Positions 36,845 to 52,400 of a stretch of DNA of 64,000 bases are shown piece after piece; the first letter of the stretch is position 1; each line of letters begins with the position of its first letter. The DNA comes from Octopus sinensis (lineage: Eukaryota). The stretch spans positions 180,606,001 to 180,670,000 of the forward strand of contig NC_042998.1 of the NCBI RefSeq assembly GCF_006345805.1. Reading direction: 5' to 3'. A program made the position numbers and the translations under genes. Under the pieces are notes generated by a model, which saw only the letters and a program-made list of their open reading frames with translations, had not been told where the DNA came from and ran no database searches.

Positions 36845-37782
36845 GTGTGTGTGCGTGCGTGAAACCCAAGGCGCCACTAGAAAGCGAATAAGACATGCAA
36901 GATCTACTGAGGCTTTCGCTGAGCAAATGCATCCGAGAGCAGCAATAGCCACAATCTTGTCCTACACCCCTATTCATGAGAATAATCGATCCATATTTAT
37001 AGGGTTGGACTGTCTTCTTTTTATTTTTTACTTCGTATTAACAACGAAAGCATAAAAGAAAGCAGCTAAAAGAAAGTTGCAAGCAAGTACGTGTGACCAT
37101 GTACTACGCTTTCAGTATCTGTTTCATATGTCTAATAAAGACGAGTCTAACATAGTCACGAGTCTAACTAGTCCCAGAATTAACCTAGCATTGATGATAT
37201 AGCAACTGCAGAGAGAGAGAGAGAGACCTGACAGACAGACAGACAGACAGATAGAGACAGAGAGAGACAGAGATAGCTAGAGAGAGGGAGAAAGAATGAA
37301 TGAAAGAGACAGAGGGAAGGGACAGCAGAAGCACTTGGCTACTACATATTTTCATCTGAATATAGGGGAACAATGTAAAATATTTGTCTCTCGGTCAGCA
37401 ATCGAACCGGCGCCGTAAGAACAACACCTTAATCATTAAGCCACGTGCCTTCATATGAAGTACATTATATACACGCATACACACATATAAAAATACATAC
37501 ATACACACATATACACATACACATACACACATATATATCTATAAATATATACACACACATATAGTCTTTTACTCTTTTACTTGTTTCAGTCATTTGACTG
37601 CGGCCATGCTGGAGCACCGCCTTAAATCGAGCAACTCGACCCCAGGACTTATTCTTTGTAAGCCCAGTACTTATTCTATCAGTCTCTTTTGCCGAACCGC
37701 TAAGTGACGAGGACATAAACACACCAGCATCGGTTGTCAAGCAATGTTAGGGGGACAAACACAGACACACAAACAAACGCAG

Positions 37783-37817
<35 letters not shown>

Positions 37818-37987
37818 CATATATACGACGGGCTTCTTTCAGTTTCCGTCTACCAAATCCACTCACAAGGCTTTATTCGGCCCGAGGCTATAATAGAAGA
37901 CACCTGCCCAAGGTGCCACGCAGTGGGACTGAACCCGGAACCATGTGGTTCGTAAGCAAGCTACTTACCACACAGCTACTCCTGCGC

Positions 37988-38058
<71 letters not shown>

Positions 38059-38280
38059 GCTTACATACTTGAGTAAGAGCGTAAGGAATGTGTGTCCAGA
38101 AGTGTGTGTCTGCTTATCTTTGCAAGCGTGTATTTGCGTATATAAATATAACCGATTTTAATAATGTGCAAAGATTGTTTTGTATTTTTCAATTGAAAAG
38201 GATTGTTCGTCAAAGTGGAAATGTACTCTTTAATGCTATTTTCAGAGTCACACATTTTTGAACTTGGGAAATTACTATTG

Positions 38281-38314
<34 letters not shown>

Positions 38315-38606
38315 AGAGAGAGAGAGAGAGAGAGAGATATGGTGTATGAAATGTGCATTGGCTGGCTACCTGAGTAATTTATGACTAATACAAATTTCTT
38401 TACAACCATTTTTATTTCGTATCTCGTGCTATAAACGAGATTGGCAGGTGTAAAACTATTAACTAAATACCAACAGGATTGATACAACTTTGCGATAGCT
38501 CTATACACATACACGTACAGCCATACGCGAACATACAGGAACATAATACATACATACATACATATATACATACATACATACATACATACATACATACATA
38601 CATACA

Positions 38607-38636
<30 letters not shown>
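36530..38636. repeat. Microsatellite-rich zone: (CT)n 36530-36553, (GT)n 36795-36860, (GA/GACA)n 37205-37320, (TA)(GA)n 37990-38056 and 38282-38337, (TACA)n 38545-38636
   Basis: Direct reading. Confidence 0.9.
37565..37987 (-). mobile_element. SINE family C, full length
   Basis: Reverse complement starts GCGCAGGAGTAGCTGTGTGGTAAGTAGCTTGC; tail GTAAAAGAGTAAAAG. Confidence 0.92.
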
Positions 38637-38637
<1 letters not shown>

Positions 38638-39105
38638 GATGGGAGTATAAATATATGTATTTTTGATGCGATGCCACACCTGAAGTGTTTCACATAATTT
38701 CTGTTTGTTTTCACGATCCTACTGACCAAGCTATATACAGATTAGCAGCTACAAGCATCTAATGTAAAAGTGCATATTTGTTCGAAAAATACCCAGTCAC
38801 ACATATCTATCTTTCTATCTATCTATCCATCAATATATCTATCAATATGTCTGCCTGCCTTTCCTTTTATCTGTCTATCTATATATCTGTCCATCGATAG
38901 ATTTATCCTTCTATCTATCTATTTATCTATTGGCCTGTCTGTCTATCTATGTATATGTGTTTATGTGAGTGTGTGCGCGCGCGTACGTAGACATGTGTGT
39001 GTTTTGCCGTTATAAGTATCTTTGACTTTTGTTTCTATGTAGATGGTACCTAGCACCCTCAGTCATTATTAGTGACAATTGGAATTTTCCGCCTTCGTTA
39101 CTTCA

Positions 39106-40257
39106 TTAGGTTGTTTAACATGAAATGTTGTATTTGAATGGAAACAATAAAATGTCTCAGAAGTGTTAGAGAACTGATTTATTTAATCAAAGTATGATCC
39201 ATGTTCATTTATGACGTTTACTTAACGTTCCTCTATGCCATATATTCCATCTTTACAGAAAAAATCATCTTTCGCTGTGATAAACTGTCCGAATGCTTCA
39301 GTTACCTCTTCTCTATTTCAGAATGTTTTATTGCTTATGAAAAGTTCAAATTGTTTAAATAAGTGATGATCAATAGGAGAGATATAAGGGGAATAGGGAT
39401 GATGTTGCAAAATCTCATAATTCAGGCTTCGCAACTTTTGGACTGTAGCTTGAGGAATGTGAGGACGTACGTTGCTGTGGAGCAAAATTGGGCCATCACT
39501 ATTCATTATCCTGAGTTGCTTCTTTTTCAAATTCTCATGCATACAATCAATTTCCTGGCAGTACGATGTTAGTGTTTAGGTGACTCTCCTGCATCTAATC
39601 ACTGTCCTGTTTCCCTGCGTAAAAGAGTATCAAAGAGTGTCCATTTATCATCACAGGTAATGATTTGATGCAAAAATGGTCTTTTTCCAGTCGAGAAAGC
39701 AATAAGGAGCACACTTCGAGGTGTCTGTTTTGTTTTTAAATCTCGTTCAGTTGACGTGGAAAAAACCTATCTGCTTTCTTAACTTTTCCAATTTTTTACA
39801 GGTGTCCAAACACAGTTGTGCGAGATGTTTGGAGTTCTGATGAAAGTTTTCGAACCTTTGTTCTCGGATTTTGTCCAACCAAAGCATTTAATCCATCATA
39901 CCGAATAACTTATTTTGGCCTGCCCTTTAGTTTATTTTCAAGGCTATCATCTCCTGAACGACAGCTTTTGAACCATCTCTGAACAGTTCTGATGTCAACA
40001 AAACCATTACCAAAGACCCGCTTAATATTCTGTAGCGCTTCTGCGGCAGAGTAACCCAGTTTGTACTCATGTGAGAAAATTATTCAATATAGTTTGGTTG
40101 TTATAATTTTCATAAGATCTGTGGGTACGAATTTTGTATACCAATACTGTTGGAAAAGAAGAAGAGTGAAGATTAAATGCAAGGTATTCATAATTGAGTT
40201 TTTAAATGACTGAAATATCAGGTAATTAAAAATGCGACATTTCATGTAAAACAATAA
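39106..40257 (-). mobile_element. Mariner (Tc1/mariner) DNA transposon, near full length, pseudogenised transposase
   Basis: TIRs TTAGGTTGTTTAACATGAAATGTTGTATTT / AAATGCGACATTTCATGTAAAACAATAA; HTH region YKLGYSAAEALQNIKRVFG..RTVQRWFK; IITCDDKW; LLHSNVRPH; HPYSPYISPIDHHLF. Confidence 0.92.
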
Positions 40258-40309
40258 TATATATATAGGCCCAGTTTGTGGATTCTTTCGCGTGCATATT
40301 CCCCCATCC

Positions 40310-40450
40310 CCCACTCAGGACAACATTCCGCTCCGCTACAAGATTACCCATTTTTGCTAGCTAAGGGAACTTGAGCAACTGAAATGAAGTGCTTTGCTCA
40401 AGAATGCAACGTATCGCTCGGTCCAGGAATCGAAACCACAATCTTGCGCT
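40310..40450 (-). mobile_element. Partial family D SINE
   Basis: GCTTTGCTCAAGAATGCAAC and CCAGGAATCGAAACCACAATCTTG blocks. Confidence 0.7.
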
Positions 40451-40589
40451 AGTTATCCTCTTAATACATAAATAAAGAATATTAGTCCACGATAGTCGGT
40501 TTTTAGGGCTCGTTCTCACTGTTTGATACTAGCGTGCTTCTATGTATATGTGAGTGAATGTGTGTATGTATATGTACGTGCACACACAC

Positions 40590-40599
40590 ACATAGAGGA

Positions 40600-40652
<53 letters not shown>

Positions 40653-40673
40653 CAGGCAGACAGACAGACAGAC

Positions 40674-40765
<92 letters not shown>

Positions 40766-40770
40766 GCACA
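40590..40770. repeat. (GATA)n/(GACA)n microsatellite
   Basis: Direct reading. Confidence 0.95.
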
Positions 40771-40856
40771 CCCACACATATATAGAGAGATAGACAGAGT
40801 GAAAGACAGACAGACAGAGATCCACTCACGCACACATATGTATATACGTACATGTA

Positions 40857-41210
40857 AAAGGAGTTAAGACCCCCTTCGGTCAGGCACTGACCATGGGTTT
40901 GCACCTAGAGAGATACCCTCTGAGACACAAGTCTGGGCAAGGTTGTTTTATGGAAGACCAGCAGTCGCCCATGCATACCGGCCTCCCCTCTCCACGTCAC
41001 CGATGTTGTCCAAGGGAAAGGCAAGGGCCGATACAGCTTGGCACCTGTGACGTCGCAACTCATTTCTACAGCTGAGTGAACTGGAGCAACGTGAAATAAA
41101 GTGCCTTGCTCAAGAACACAACACACAGCCCCGTCCGGGATTCGAGCTCACAACCTCACGATCGTAAGCTCGACGCTCTAACCACTGAGCCATGCGCCTT
41201 CACTCGGTAC
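40857..41210 (-). mobile_element. SINE family D with a distinct 3' module, full length
   Basis: Reverse complement GTGAAGGCGCATGGCTCAGTGGTTAGAGCG head, CORE-like block; 11-bp TSD ACGTACATGTA at 40846-40856 and 41211-41221. Confidence 0.9.
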
Positions 41211-41848
41211 ACGTACATGTACCGAAAAGATAAAGTAATTGTACACACTTGAGGCAGTATGCATATACGTATGTATGTATATTTATGTATATTCACAGTT
41301 GTAATACTACAAATTGATTATATTTGTATAAAGCATGTATAGATATATGTGCATGTTTGTGGGGGTGTATTTTATGTCTCTTACATATTTCTACAAAACT
41401 CCTCATAATTGTACACATAGATATAGACATGAATAAACGCGCGTACACACACACGAAACGTAAATAAAAAGAAGTGGAATGAATATAATCATTGCTTAGA
41501 AGAAATGAAATTGATATAAACATTGGGAAGACACTGTGGGTGAACTAAGAATGTAACGACTTTTGAAATAATTGATGTGCGGCTAGAAAGAAATGTTCCC
41601 TTAACAGACTACTGCACGATTTGTTGACCACTTCCCGGAGATGACGTAGCAAACTTCCTACCTCGATCAACAGCACAGCCCAGCAGTTGTATAAACAAAT
41701 GTGAATTAGTCTGGCACATAATTGGAGAGATAAATTTGTTTATTTCTGCTTTTGATGGTTTGTTTTTAAGTAAACAAAGTCTAAATTATACTCAATACAG
41801 CCTGAATCAGAAGACCTGATATATTTTTCAATATTAAAATGTCTCTCA

Positions 41849-42223
41849 GGGCGGCGAGCTGGCAGAAACGTTAGCACGCCGGGCGAAATGCTTAGCGGTA
41901 TTTTCCTGTCTTTACGTTGTGGGTTCAAATTCCGCCGAGGTTGACTTTGCCTTTCATCCTTTCGGGGTCGATAAATTAAGTACTAGTTACGCATCCGTTT
42001 GTCTGTCTTTGTTCGTCCCTTCTGTGTTTAGCCCCTTGTGGGTAGTAAAGAAATAGGTATTTTCCTGTCTTTACGTTCTGGGTTCAAATTCCACCGAGGC
42101 TGACTTTGCTGTTCATCCTTTCGGGGTCGATGAATTAAGTACCAGTTGCGTACTGGAGTCGATCTAATCAACTGGCCTTCCCCTCTCCAAAAATGTTGGG
42201 CTTAGAGTAGAAAAGAATATTAT
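41849..42223 (+). mobile_element. SINE family B, dimeric form
   Basis: Two internal repeat units as in 7345-7727. Confidence 0.9.
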
Positions 42224-42348
42224 AAAGTCTCGCTGAGGGTGAAAATAAGTTAACACACTCTTATGCTATGGATGGGGAGGAAAAGACGAGGGAGCAGATG
42301 ACATATACGTGTGTGCGTGTGTGTATGTATGTATGTATTCGTATATGT

Positions 42349-42662
42349 GTGAAGGCCAGTGGCTAAGTGGTTAGGGCCTTCGGCTCGCGAACGTAAAGTG
42401 GTGAGTTCGATACGCATCGGCGCGTTGAGCAGAACCCTATTTCAAGTTGCTCCAGTTCATTCAGCTGGCAAAAACGAGAAGTACCTGTAGTCTGAATAGT
42501 CAGCCTTATCACATTCCGTGTCACCCTAAATCTCCCTGAGAACTACATTAAAGTTAAGTGTGTGAGTGGCATGCGCAACCAGTTGCACGTTAATTTCAGG
42601 AGCAAACTATTCCGTTGATAGGACCAACTCGAAACCCTATCGTCGTAACCGATAAAGTGCCA
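42349..42662 (+). mobile_element. SINE family D with 3' module 1, moderately decayed
   Basis: GTGAAGGCCAGTGGCTAAGTGGTTAGGG head; CTCCCTGAGAACTAC..TTGCACGTTAATTTCA..TTCCGTTGAT..CGTCGTAACCGA tail. Confidence 0.8.
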
Positions 42663-42829
42663 GTTATTCGTATATCTACATATACTGGATTTCTTCCCGT
42701 CAGGTGTCCCAGATGAACTAACTTCACGACAGGAGGTACAGATGAGGGCAGCTGCATCGAACTCTCTCGTGCACCAAATGGCAATAATTAAAAAGCATTC
42801 GTGAAGTAAAATTATGTAGCAACACCAAA

Positions 42830-42900
42830 TGGCGGTGCCCCAGCATGGCCACAGCTCGTGAGCTGAAACTAGATAAAATAAAATAAAATAAAATTAAAAT
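42830..42900 (+). mobile_element. Orphan SINE/LINE 3' tail
   Basis: GGCGGTGCCCCAGCATGGCCACAG..CTGAAACTAG followed by (ATAAA)n; same motif as the family C tail. Confidence 0.65.
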
Positions 42901-43295
42901 AGTAAATAAGAGTGATTTATGAAAATAAAACGACGGATTTTGGATAAAGCACTCAATATTGGCACAGAGTCTTTAATTTCTAAATATATTGATAGAGGTT
43001 TCGACGTTTCACTGATACAAACTAACACTGAGTGAAATATATGCCCGGCGAAACTTCAAAGTCACTATCAATAGAATTATACACACACACACATATACAC
43101 ACAAACATACACACACAAATACATACATGCAAGCATACATACATACATTCGGCACAATTCTGTATGTTTCCCTGTAATTGAACTCAGCAGCCACTATTTA
43201 CCACCATGGTACACACATATACGCGTATCGCAGGGACACAGAAGCACAGACACACACGGCTATACGTGTGAGTGTATGTGTGTAGATAGATAGGT

Positions 43296-43331
<36 letters not shown>

Positions 43332-45477
43332 GCAGACAAACAAACACATTCTAACACTCATAGGTACACTATGATTCATTAGAGGTTTTGTCTCCAAACA
43401 GAAGACGCTGTGTAGTCCAAAACTAACTGTTGTAGAACACTTTTTGCTCTAGGTACCATAGAATAAGATCGAACTGGGTACGAGGATTTTTCTGTTCTTG
43501 TATAAATGTTGCGGTTTAGATGAATTATTATAATCTTAGACATATATTTGTCGCAATATATTTCTCAGTACTCTCAACTTCGTGAAGTACCCAGATATAT
43601 CCACGACAAGGAGATAAGCGAGGAGAAATCGATTAGATTTCTTATATACGACTGATCAAAAGCGATTTTTGCTTAGAAGATTATTTTCTCATTTTCAAGA
43701 CCAACATTGCTTCCTGGCAACGTTACGACCAAAGTGTTTACATTCCTATTGTATTTGCAGCTGTTTGACTTAATAATGCAGTTAAAGCGATTTACTCCGT
43801 TTTTGTTTACCTTGCATAGTAGTTTTGCGTGATGGTAGATAATTATGTGCTTTGCAGATGTTAGTGTAGCCATTTTGTAAGTTATATTGCCACGTGATTT
43901 CTTCTGCAGCAATAATACTTATGTTACTGTTGTATTGTAACATACGGTAGTCATGAATGTATTCATGAATGGTTTAAGAGAGTAAATAAAATTATTTTGG
44001 TGGTCATATAGTTAATTGATAGTTATTGGTTGATTAGAAAGACGTTTGAAGTAATTAATCCTTATTAAATATCAACAAATAAATTTGTCTTATATCTTAA
44101 AATCAATACAATTTTACAATCTGCATGCAGATTTGTAAATGTTCCATTAAAAGTGTTCAGAAAATTGTTACTATTAGATTTTTTTTTCATTATGCATTTG
44201 TGATTTTGAAGTATGTGATTTTTGTTTCGAGTATTTGTCATCATAATGATCTATTGTTATTTGTATTCTAAATAAAGCTTTTGATTGTTAAAAAAAACTG
44301 TTCTGAGGAGATAGGATTGCCAAGAGTAATATTGTTTGCAGTTAATAATTGCTTCATAGCAGGTAAATTAATTGAAATGTCTAGTTAATAGGCGATACTT
44401 AATGGGGAAATATCCCTCAAACAATAGATACTTGGGGAGTGCAGTCTAATTAGAAATCTTTACAAAACGAAATGTACTAAGACTGTTGGAAAACGCAGTT
44501 TGTAGATCAGTGAATGGAGATTTTTATTTGGTTTATCTGTGAAATTTAAGCAGCTACACATTGAAATATAAATGAAAAAAACTGTTCTTCAATACAATTT
44601 GTGAAGTGGAAGTATAATGATAAAAACCGTACTTTCTTTTGTTTGAAATACGCTCTCAGCCAATATATTCCAAAGAAACTTTCGTTTCTTCTTAATCCAG
44701 ACGTATCGACTGAGGCATAATGGGTTGATTGAGACCGAAGTATCACTAGATCAGAATGGTTAGAAGTGGTTTCACATTGCATTCCCATAAGAAGTCTCCT
44801 TCTCAAAAGGTGACTCTGGTGGGGATATACTAAAGCCTTGGGTACTCTCTCTCACACCTTCGCCAAAGAGAAATAGATTATTTCAAAGCAGTTCAGTAAT
44901 AAAACAATTTATTATGGTGAAGGTAACCCCTTCTCGACGCTAAACGTTTACTTCTAGATAGAATTTGACAGCGAGAATATAGCATCCAGCATATAAAATA
45001 ATCTTCGTTTCAATTCGACATGTTCTGTAGTTCAGAGAGGTTCTGGCGTTTCCTCAGGAATGCATGAATACGCATATATTGATACAATCAATGATTATAT
45101 ATGGAAATGATATTTTATTAATCCATGCATTCAGTGAACATATATAAAGTTTACTAATGTGTGCATTGAAATTTTATTACAAACCCAGATGCAATTTGAC
45201 CTCAAGAAATTTGAAGGAGTTAACTTGATATGGGAGAATATCTAGTTTGTGTATATATTTTCCAGGTCAGAACCACTGCCTGTGAATGACATAAATATTC
45301 ACTTTCAAACAATATTTATATTAAACATTTATATACTCTCAATTTCTTCATCATTTGTATGTGATGTTTAAAAATACATTGTTTATATATCCTTTGAATA
45401 TATAAATATATATATATCTTATTGATACATAAATTGATTACATTTGCACATTTAAAATGTAAATAAACACCCATAGA

Positions 45478-45479
<2 letters not shown>

Positions 45480-45551
<72 letters not shown>

Positions 45552-45791
45552 GTGTGTGTCTGTATATATGTATATCTGTGTATGTATGTATGTATGTATG
45601 TATGGATGTATGTATATATGTATGTATGTATGCATGTATGTATGCATATATGTATGTATGTGTGCATGTATGTGTGTATGCATGTATGTATGTATGCGCA
45701 CATGTGAGTATATGAGTGCGTGTATGTATATGAGTGTTTGTTTGTGAGTGTACGTATATATGTGTATGTAGATAGAGATAGATAGATAGAT

Positions 45792-45866
<75 letters not shown>

Positions 45867-46189
45867 TGCAAATATATTCAAACGCACATATACAGCAACG
45901 CACATCTATATGTTTATGTATGTGTATATATATCATGTAAAGAGACAGAAGGAAAAGAGAGAAAGATTTAGACACGTTGTTAAAGTAAACATAAATAATC
46001 GGTAGATGAATACAAAACAGAATGGACAGTCGATGTGTTTTAAGTACAGGACCCCCTCTAAAGTATACTATGAGGGGTCTAGAATTTGGGTAGCAAAGTG
46101 AAGTGATCTGATTCCTCTGTTAGAAATGATCGCTGCTCAGATTTAGTGATGGGTATGCTGCGCACTGCGACATAAGCGTATGACCAGAA

Positions 46190-46229
<40 letters not shown>

Positions 46230-46288
46230 CCATACACACACATATGCATATATATATATATATAATATATATATATATAATATATATA

Positions 46289-46359
<71 letters not shown>

Positions 46360-46525
46360 ATGAATATGTATATGTATTAATAATGATATGACAGCAAAAG
46401 AAAGAATGGGACCTCAATATTATGTAAATAGAGGAATTTATCTATAATATAATATCTGACAATTAGTCGGTTGCCTAATAGTTTTATTATGGCAACCGAC
46501 TAACTGTCACATGTTATATTATATC

Positions 46526-46582
<57 letters not shown>
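45480..46582. repeat. Compound microsatellite zone (TA, GT, TATG, GATA, CA)
   Basis: Direct reading; accounts for the long ORFs 45316..45975 and neighbours. Confidence 0.93.
46443..46523. repeat. Inverted repeat, 33-bp arms with 15-nt loop
   Basis: TATAATATAATATCTGACAATTAGTCGGTTGCC versus the reverse complement of GGCAACCGACTAACTGTCACATGTTATATTATA, 30 of 33 match. Confidence 0.9.
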
Positions 46583-46583
<1 letters not shown>

Positions 46584-46585
<2 letters not shown>

Positions 46586-46850
46586 CGTGGCTTAGTGGTT
46601 AGGGCATTCGGCTCACGATTGTAAGGTCGTGAGTTCAATTCCCGGCGACGCGTTGTGTCCTTGAGCAAGACACTTTATTTCACATTGCTCCTGTGTTTCA
46701 AAGGGCCAGCCTTGTCACAGTCTGTGTCACGCTGAATCTCCCTCAGAACTACGTTAGGAGTATACGTGTCTGTTGAGTGCTCAGCCACTTGCACGTTAAT
46801 TTCACGAGCAAGCTGTTCCGTTGATCGTATCAGTTAGGATCCCATTCCCC
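46584..46850 (+). mobile_element. SINE family D with 3' module 1, 3'-truncated
   Basis: GCGTGGCTTAGTGGTTAGGG head; GTTGTGTCCTTGAGCAAGACACTT; TTTCAAAGGGCCAGCCTTGTCAC module 1. Confidence 0.85.
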
Positions 46851-47490
46851 CCATCCTATCCCCTACATGCATTCCCACATACCCCCACCTCTAACCCCAC
46901 CCACTGCTTACCCATAAACCCCACCCACATACCCCAACTCTACCCCCAACCCTACCCAAATACCCCAACTCTACCCCAACCCTCAGCCGAACTCACACCC
47001 CACCCGTGCTTTCCCCACTCTCGTCTCCCCCACCTCCCAACAACATCACACCACACCACACTACACCATACAACATTACACATCGAATCAACACACGCCA
47101 CCCACACACCAGCACTGACCAATTCCCATCGTCACATTTTCACACCTACACATATATACACGCACGCGTCCAGACCACCAGCCCTCTTTCATAAGCACAT
47201 ACATACTCTCTTATATACACACGCACCTTCGTGTTGGGGGTCATCTTTACTTTGTTATCTCCCCTACTTCTTCGCCCTCTTGTGTGACCCTTCTGACCGG
47301 CAGTCAGTCGCCATGATAGATCGTTAGCCACTACACACATTTATTTTCTCTCCTTGGTTTTTTTCTGTGTCCCTTTCTGTAGAAGAGCGTAAGCTCGAAA
47401 GGTAAAAGATTTTTTTTCTATTCCTGAGCGTTATACTAATACATCTGTTTGTTTTGTACACCACCTGTCTTCGTCTTTTGTCTTTTTCGT
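46851..47490 (+). mobile_element. C-rich, possibly Penelope-like repeat 3' portion ending in (TA)n
   Basis: Its last ~120 bp match 11105-11245; contains the hammerhead-like motif at 47377-47402. Family assignment is inference. Confidence 0.45.
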
Positions 47491-47629
47491 AAACTCTCCC
47501 TATATATATATATATTGATGCTACACAATTAGATACACAATATCCAACCCATAACGGATAGTTGCAGGATGCGTCGAAACGAGGGTCTTACTGACTAAAG
47601 ACTAGTGCTAAATCTATCTTCCTTTCCCT

Positions 47630-47662
47630 TCATCAATATATATATATATATTATATATATAT

Positions 47663-47712
<50 letters not shown>

Positions 47713-47782
47713 TATATACATTTATACATGCATACATACATACATACATACATACATATACATACATACATACATACATACA

Positions 47783-47813
<31 letters not shown>

Positions 47814-48575
47814 GTATATATGTATGCATGCGAAAACATGCGTATGCAAGTATCTAAGAATGCGAAAAAAAAATTATAAATTAGCATTTCGAGGAAACGA
47901 AATACACATACGTCAGTTTGCATTGTATCGTGTGTGATATATATTAGCTTATACGTAAACAATTGTCTTTTTACCACCAAGGTCTCTGCGAAAACCCATG
48001 TGCAGATTTTTTTGCCAGGTATTGTCTATAAACAAAGATGCATAAGTGGAAACTCAATACCAAATTGTAAAAAGAAGGGATTCCTATGCTGCCGAGTTTA
48101 AAGTGCCATATACAGATTTTACAATTATCCTGAAAACCGTTGAATCATATATATAAATATATAAATATATTTATATATATATGTATATGTGTCTGTATAT
48201 GTGTGTGTGTATGTATGTATACCTATATGCAGAGAGACAGAGAGAGAGGCATACATACACACATACATATGCAGACATACATACACTCACACATGTTTCA
48301 TAGAACGACCAGAAGAGAAAAATAATGCTAAATACTTAAATGTATATGAGTGTGTATGTGTGTGTGCGTGTGGGGTTGTGAGGCGTGTATGTGTGAGTGT
48401 GTGGCGTGCGTGCGTGTCTGTGTCTGTGTGTGTGTGTGTTTTGGTATGTTAAGTAAGTGACTCATTGTTCGAGAGTTTGTGTGCCTGCTAATCATCAAAC
48501 TTAGAAAATTTTCCTAAGTCATATATTCGGCTATTGAGTTACATTGTTGCATCTATACACACACACGCACGCACG

Positions 48576-48632
<57 letters not shown>
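47630..48632. repeat. (TA)n, (TACA)n, (GT)n and (CA)n microsatellites
   Basis: Direct reading. Confidence 0.9.
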
Positions 48633-48636
<4 letters not shown>

Positions 48637-49598
48637 ATGATCCGGTTCTTGACTGAAGATTAGAGGCTTCGAATGACCCGCCCGTTTTTTGTATCGTCTA
48701 TTTGAATGTTTTGCGTTCTTGTCCCATTTTGTAGTTTTATATATATTTTTTATACACACATATATATATATATATAAAGTAAAAACTTACTGCGGACAAA
48801 GCTGAGTGGCGTTCGATTATAAATAAATACATATGAAATACATCAATTACAGGACATCACCAACGAGAGAAAACTAGGTGGACACATGAGTGATAAGTAC
48901 AGGACAAATTACCCAAAAACATATACAATAAGAACAGAACACTACCAACGAGAGACAAGAAGGAGACAAAATACCACAAGAAGTGTAACCCCTCCTCAGT
49001 TGTCGATTGTTATTTACTCCCTATTTCGAGCTTTCAATGACAATATAGGAAAACTTTATTAAACAGCAGCTGGCCTAACGGCCCTTGACGTTTGTCTTCA
49101 TCGATTGTTTACTCTGTTTTCCGCCCTGTTCAACATAATGTTGTCGTTAAATGTGCAATATTCACTCCGGAGGAAAGACTGCCTCGGGATGAATATGAAC
49201 AACGCCGACTTTATGGAATACATGTATATCAGGATAAAGATTATTTGGTGTTCATTCTCATCACAACTTCTGCCAAGAGCGAACATGACAGGTCTGATAT
49301 ATCGATTTGGCAGGGTGAAGAAAAATTGTGTATATTCATTGAGGTTACCTAACATATAGATGTCAGTATCACGTCCAAAATGAAAAACAGCAAAAATGTG
49401 TGGACAACCTCTTCAAAATCTGCATCTTCCATGTTTGATTATATTTTTTTGCATTTATAACCATAATTATTGATACACTTGGTGGTGTTAGTAAGTTTTT
49501 AAGTAACAATCTCGTAAAACTTAGGATTTGTGGGTAAAGAAAGTGAGTGGCTATCACAGATTTTGCAAATTTGTTCTATGGGTGGCACATAAATATAT

Positions 49599-50007
49599 AC
49601 TCTTTACTCTTTACTCTTTTACTTGTTTCAGTCATTTGACTGTGGCCATGCTGGAGCACCGCCTTTAGTCGAGCAAATCGACCCCAGGACTTATTCTTTG
49701 TAAGCCCAGTACTTATTCTATCAGTCTCTTTTGCCGAACCGCTAAGTGACGGGGACGTAAACACACCAGCATCGGTTGTCAAGCAATGCTAGGGGGACAA
49801 ACACAGACACACAAACATACACACATACATATATATATATATACATATATACGACAGGCTTCTTTCAGTTTCCGTCTACCAAATCCACTCACAAGGCATT
49901 GATCAGCCCGGGGCTATAGCAGAAGACACTTGCCCAAGATGCCACGCAGTGGGACTGAACCCGGAACCATGTGGCTGGTTAGCAAGCTACTTACCACACA
50001 GCCACTC
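49599..50007 (-). mobile_element. SINE family C, full length
   Basis: High similarity to the other family C copies. Confidence 0.92.
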
Positions 50008-50124
50008 AAATTTTATTAAAATTCAATATGCAATATTTACAGTTTGTGTTATCCAGATTCTATTACAGAAACTCTGTTTGAAACCATCGTTTTCCGGCTA
50101 AAAAAAGATCTAAGAAATAAAATT

Positions 50125-52400
<2,276 letters not shown>

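Noticed and set aside
42704-42804. Good acceptor followed by a 33-codon frame (VPDELTSRQEVQMRAAASN..)
   Set aside because: Short, wedged between SINE pieces, no partner exon or homology.
48635-49065. CTGAAGA / CTGAGGA and CGAAA-type motifs suggesting more hammerheads
   Set aside because: Supporting stems do not pair; at most decayed repeat ends.
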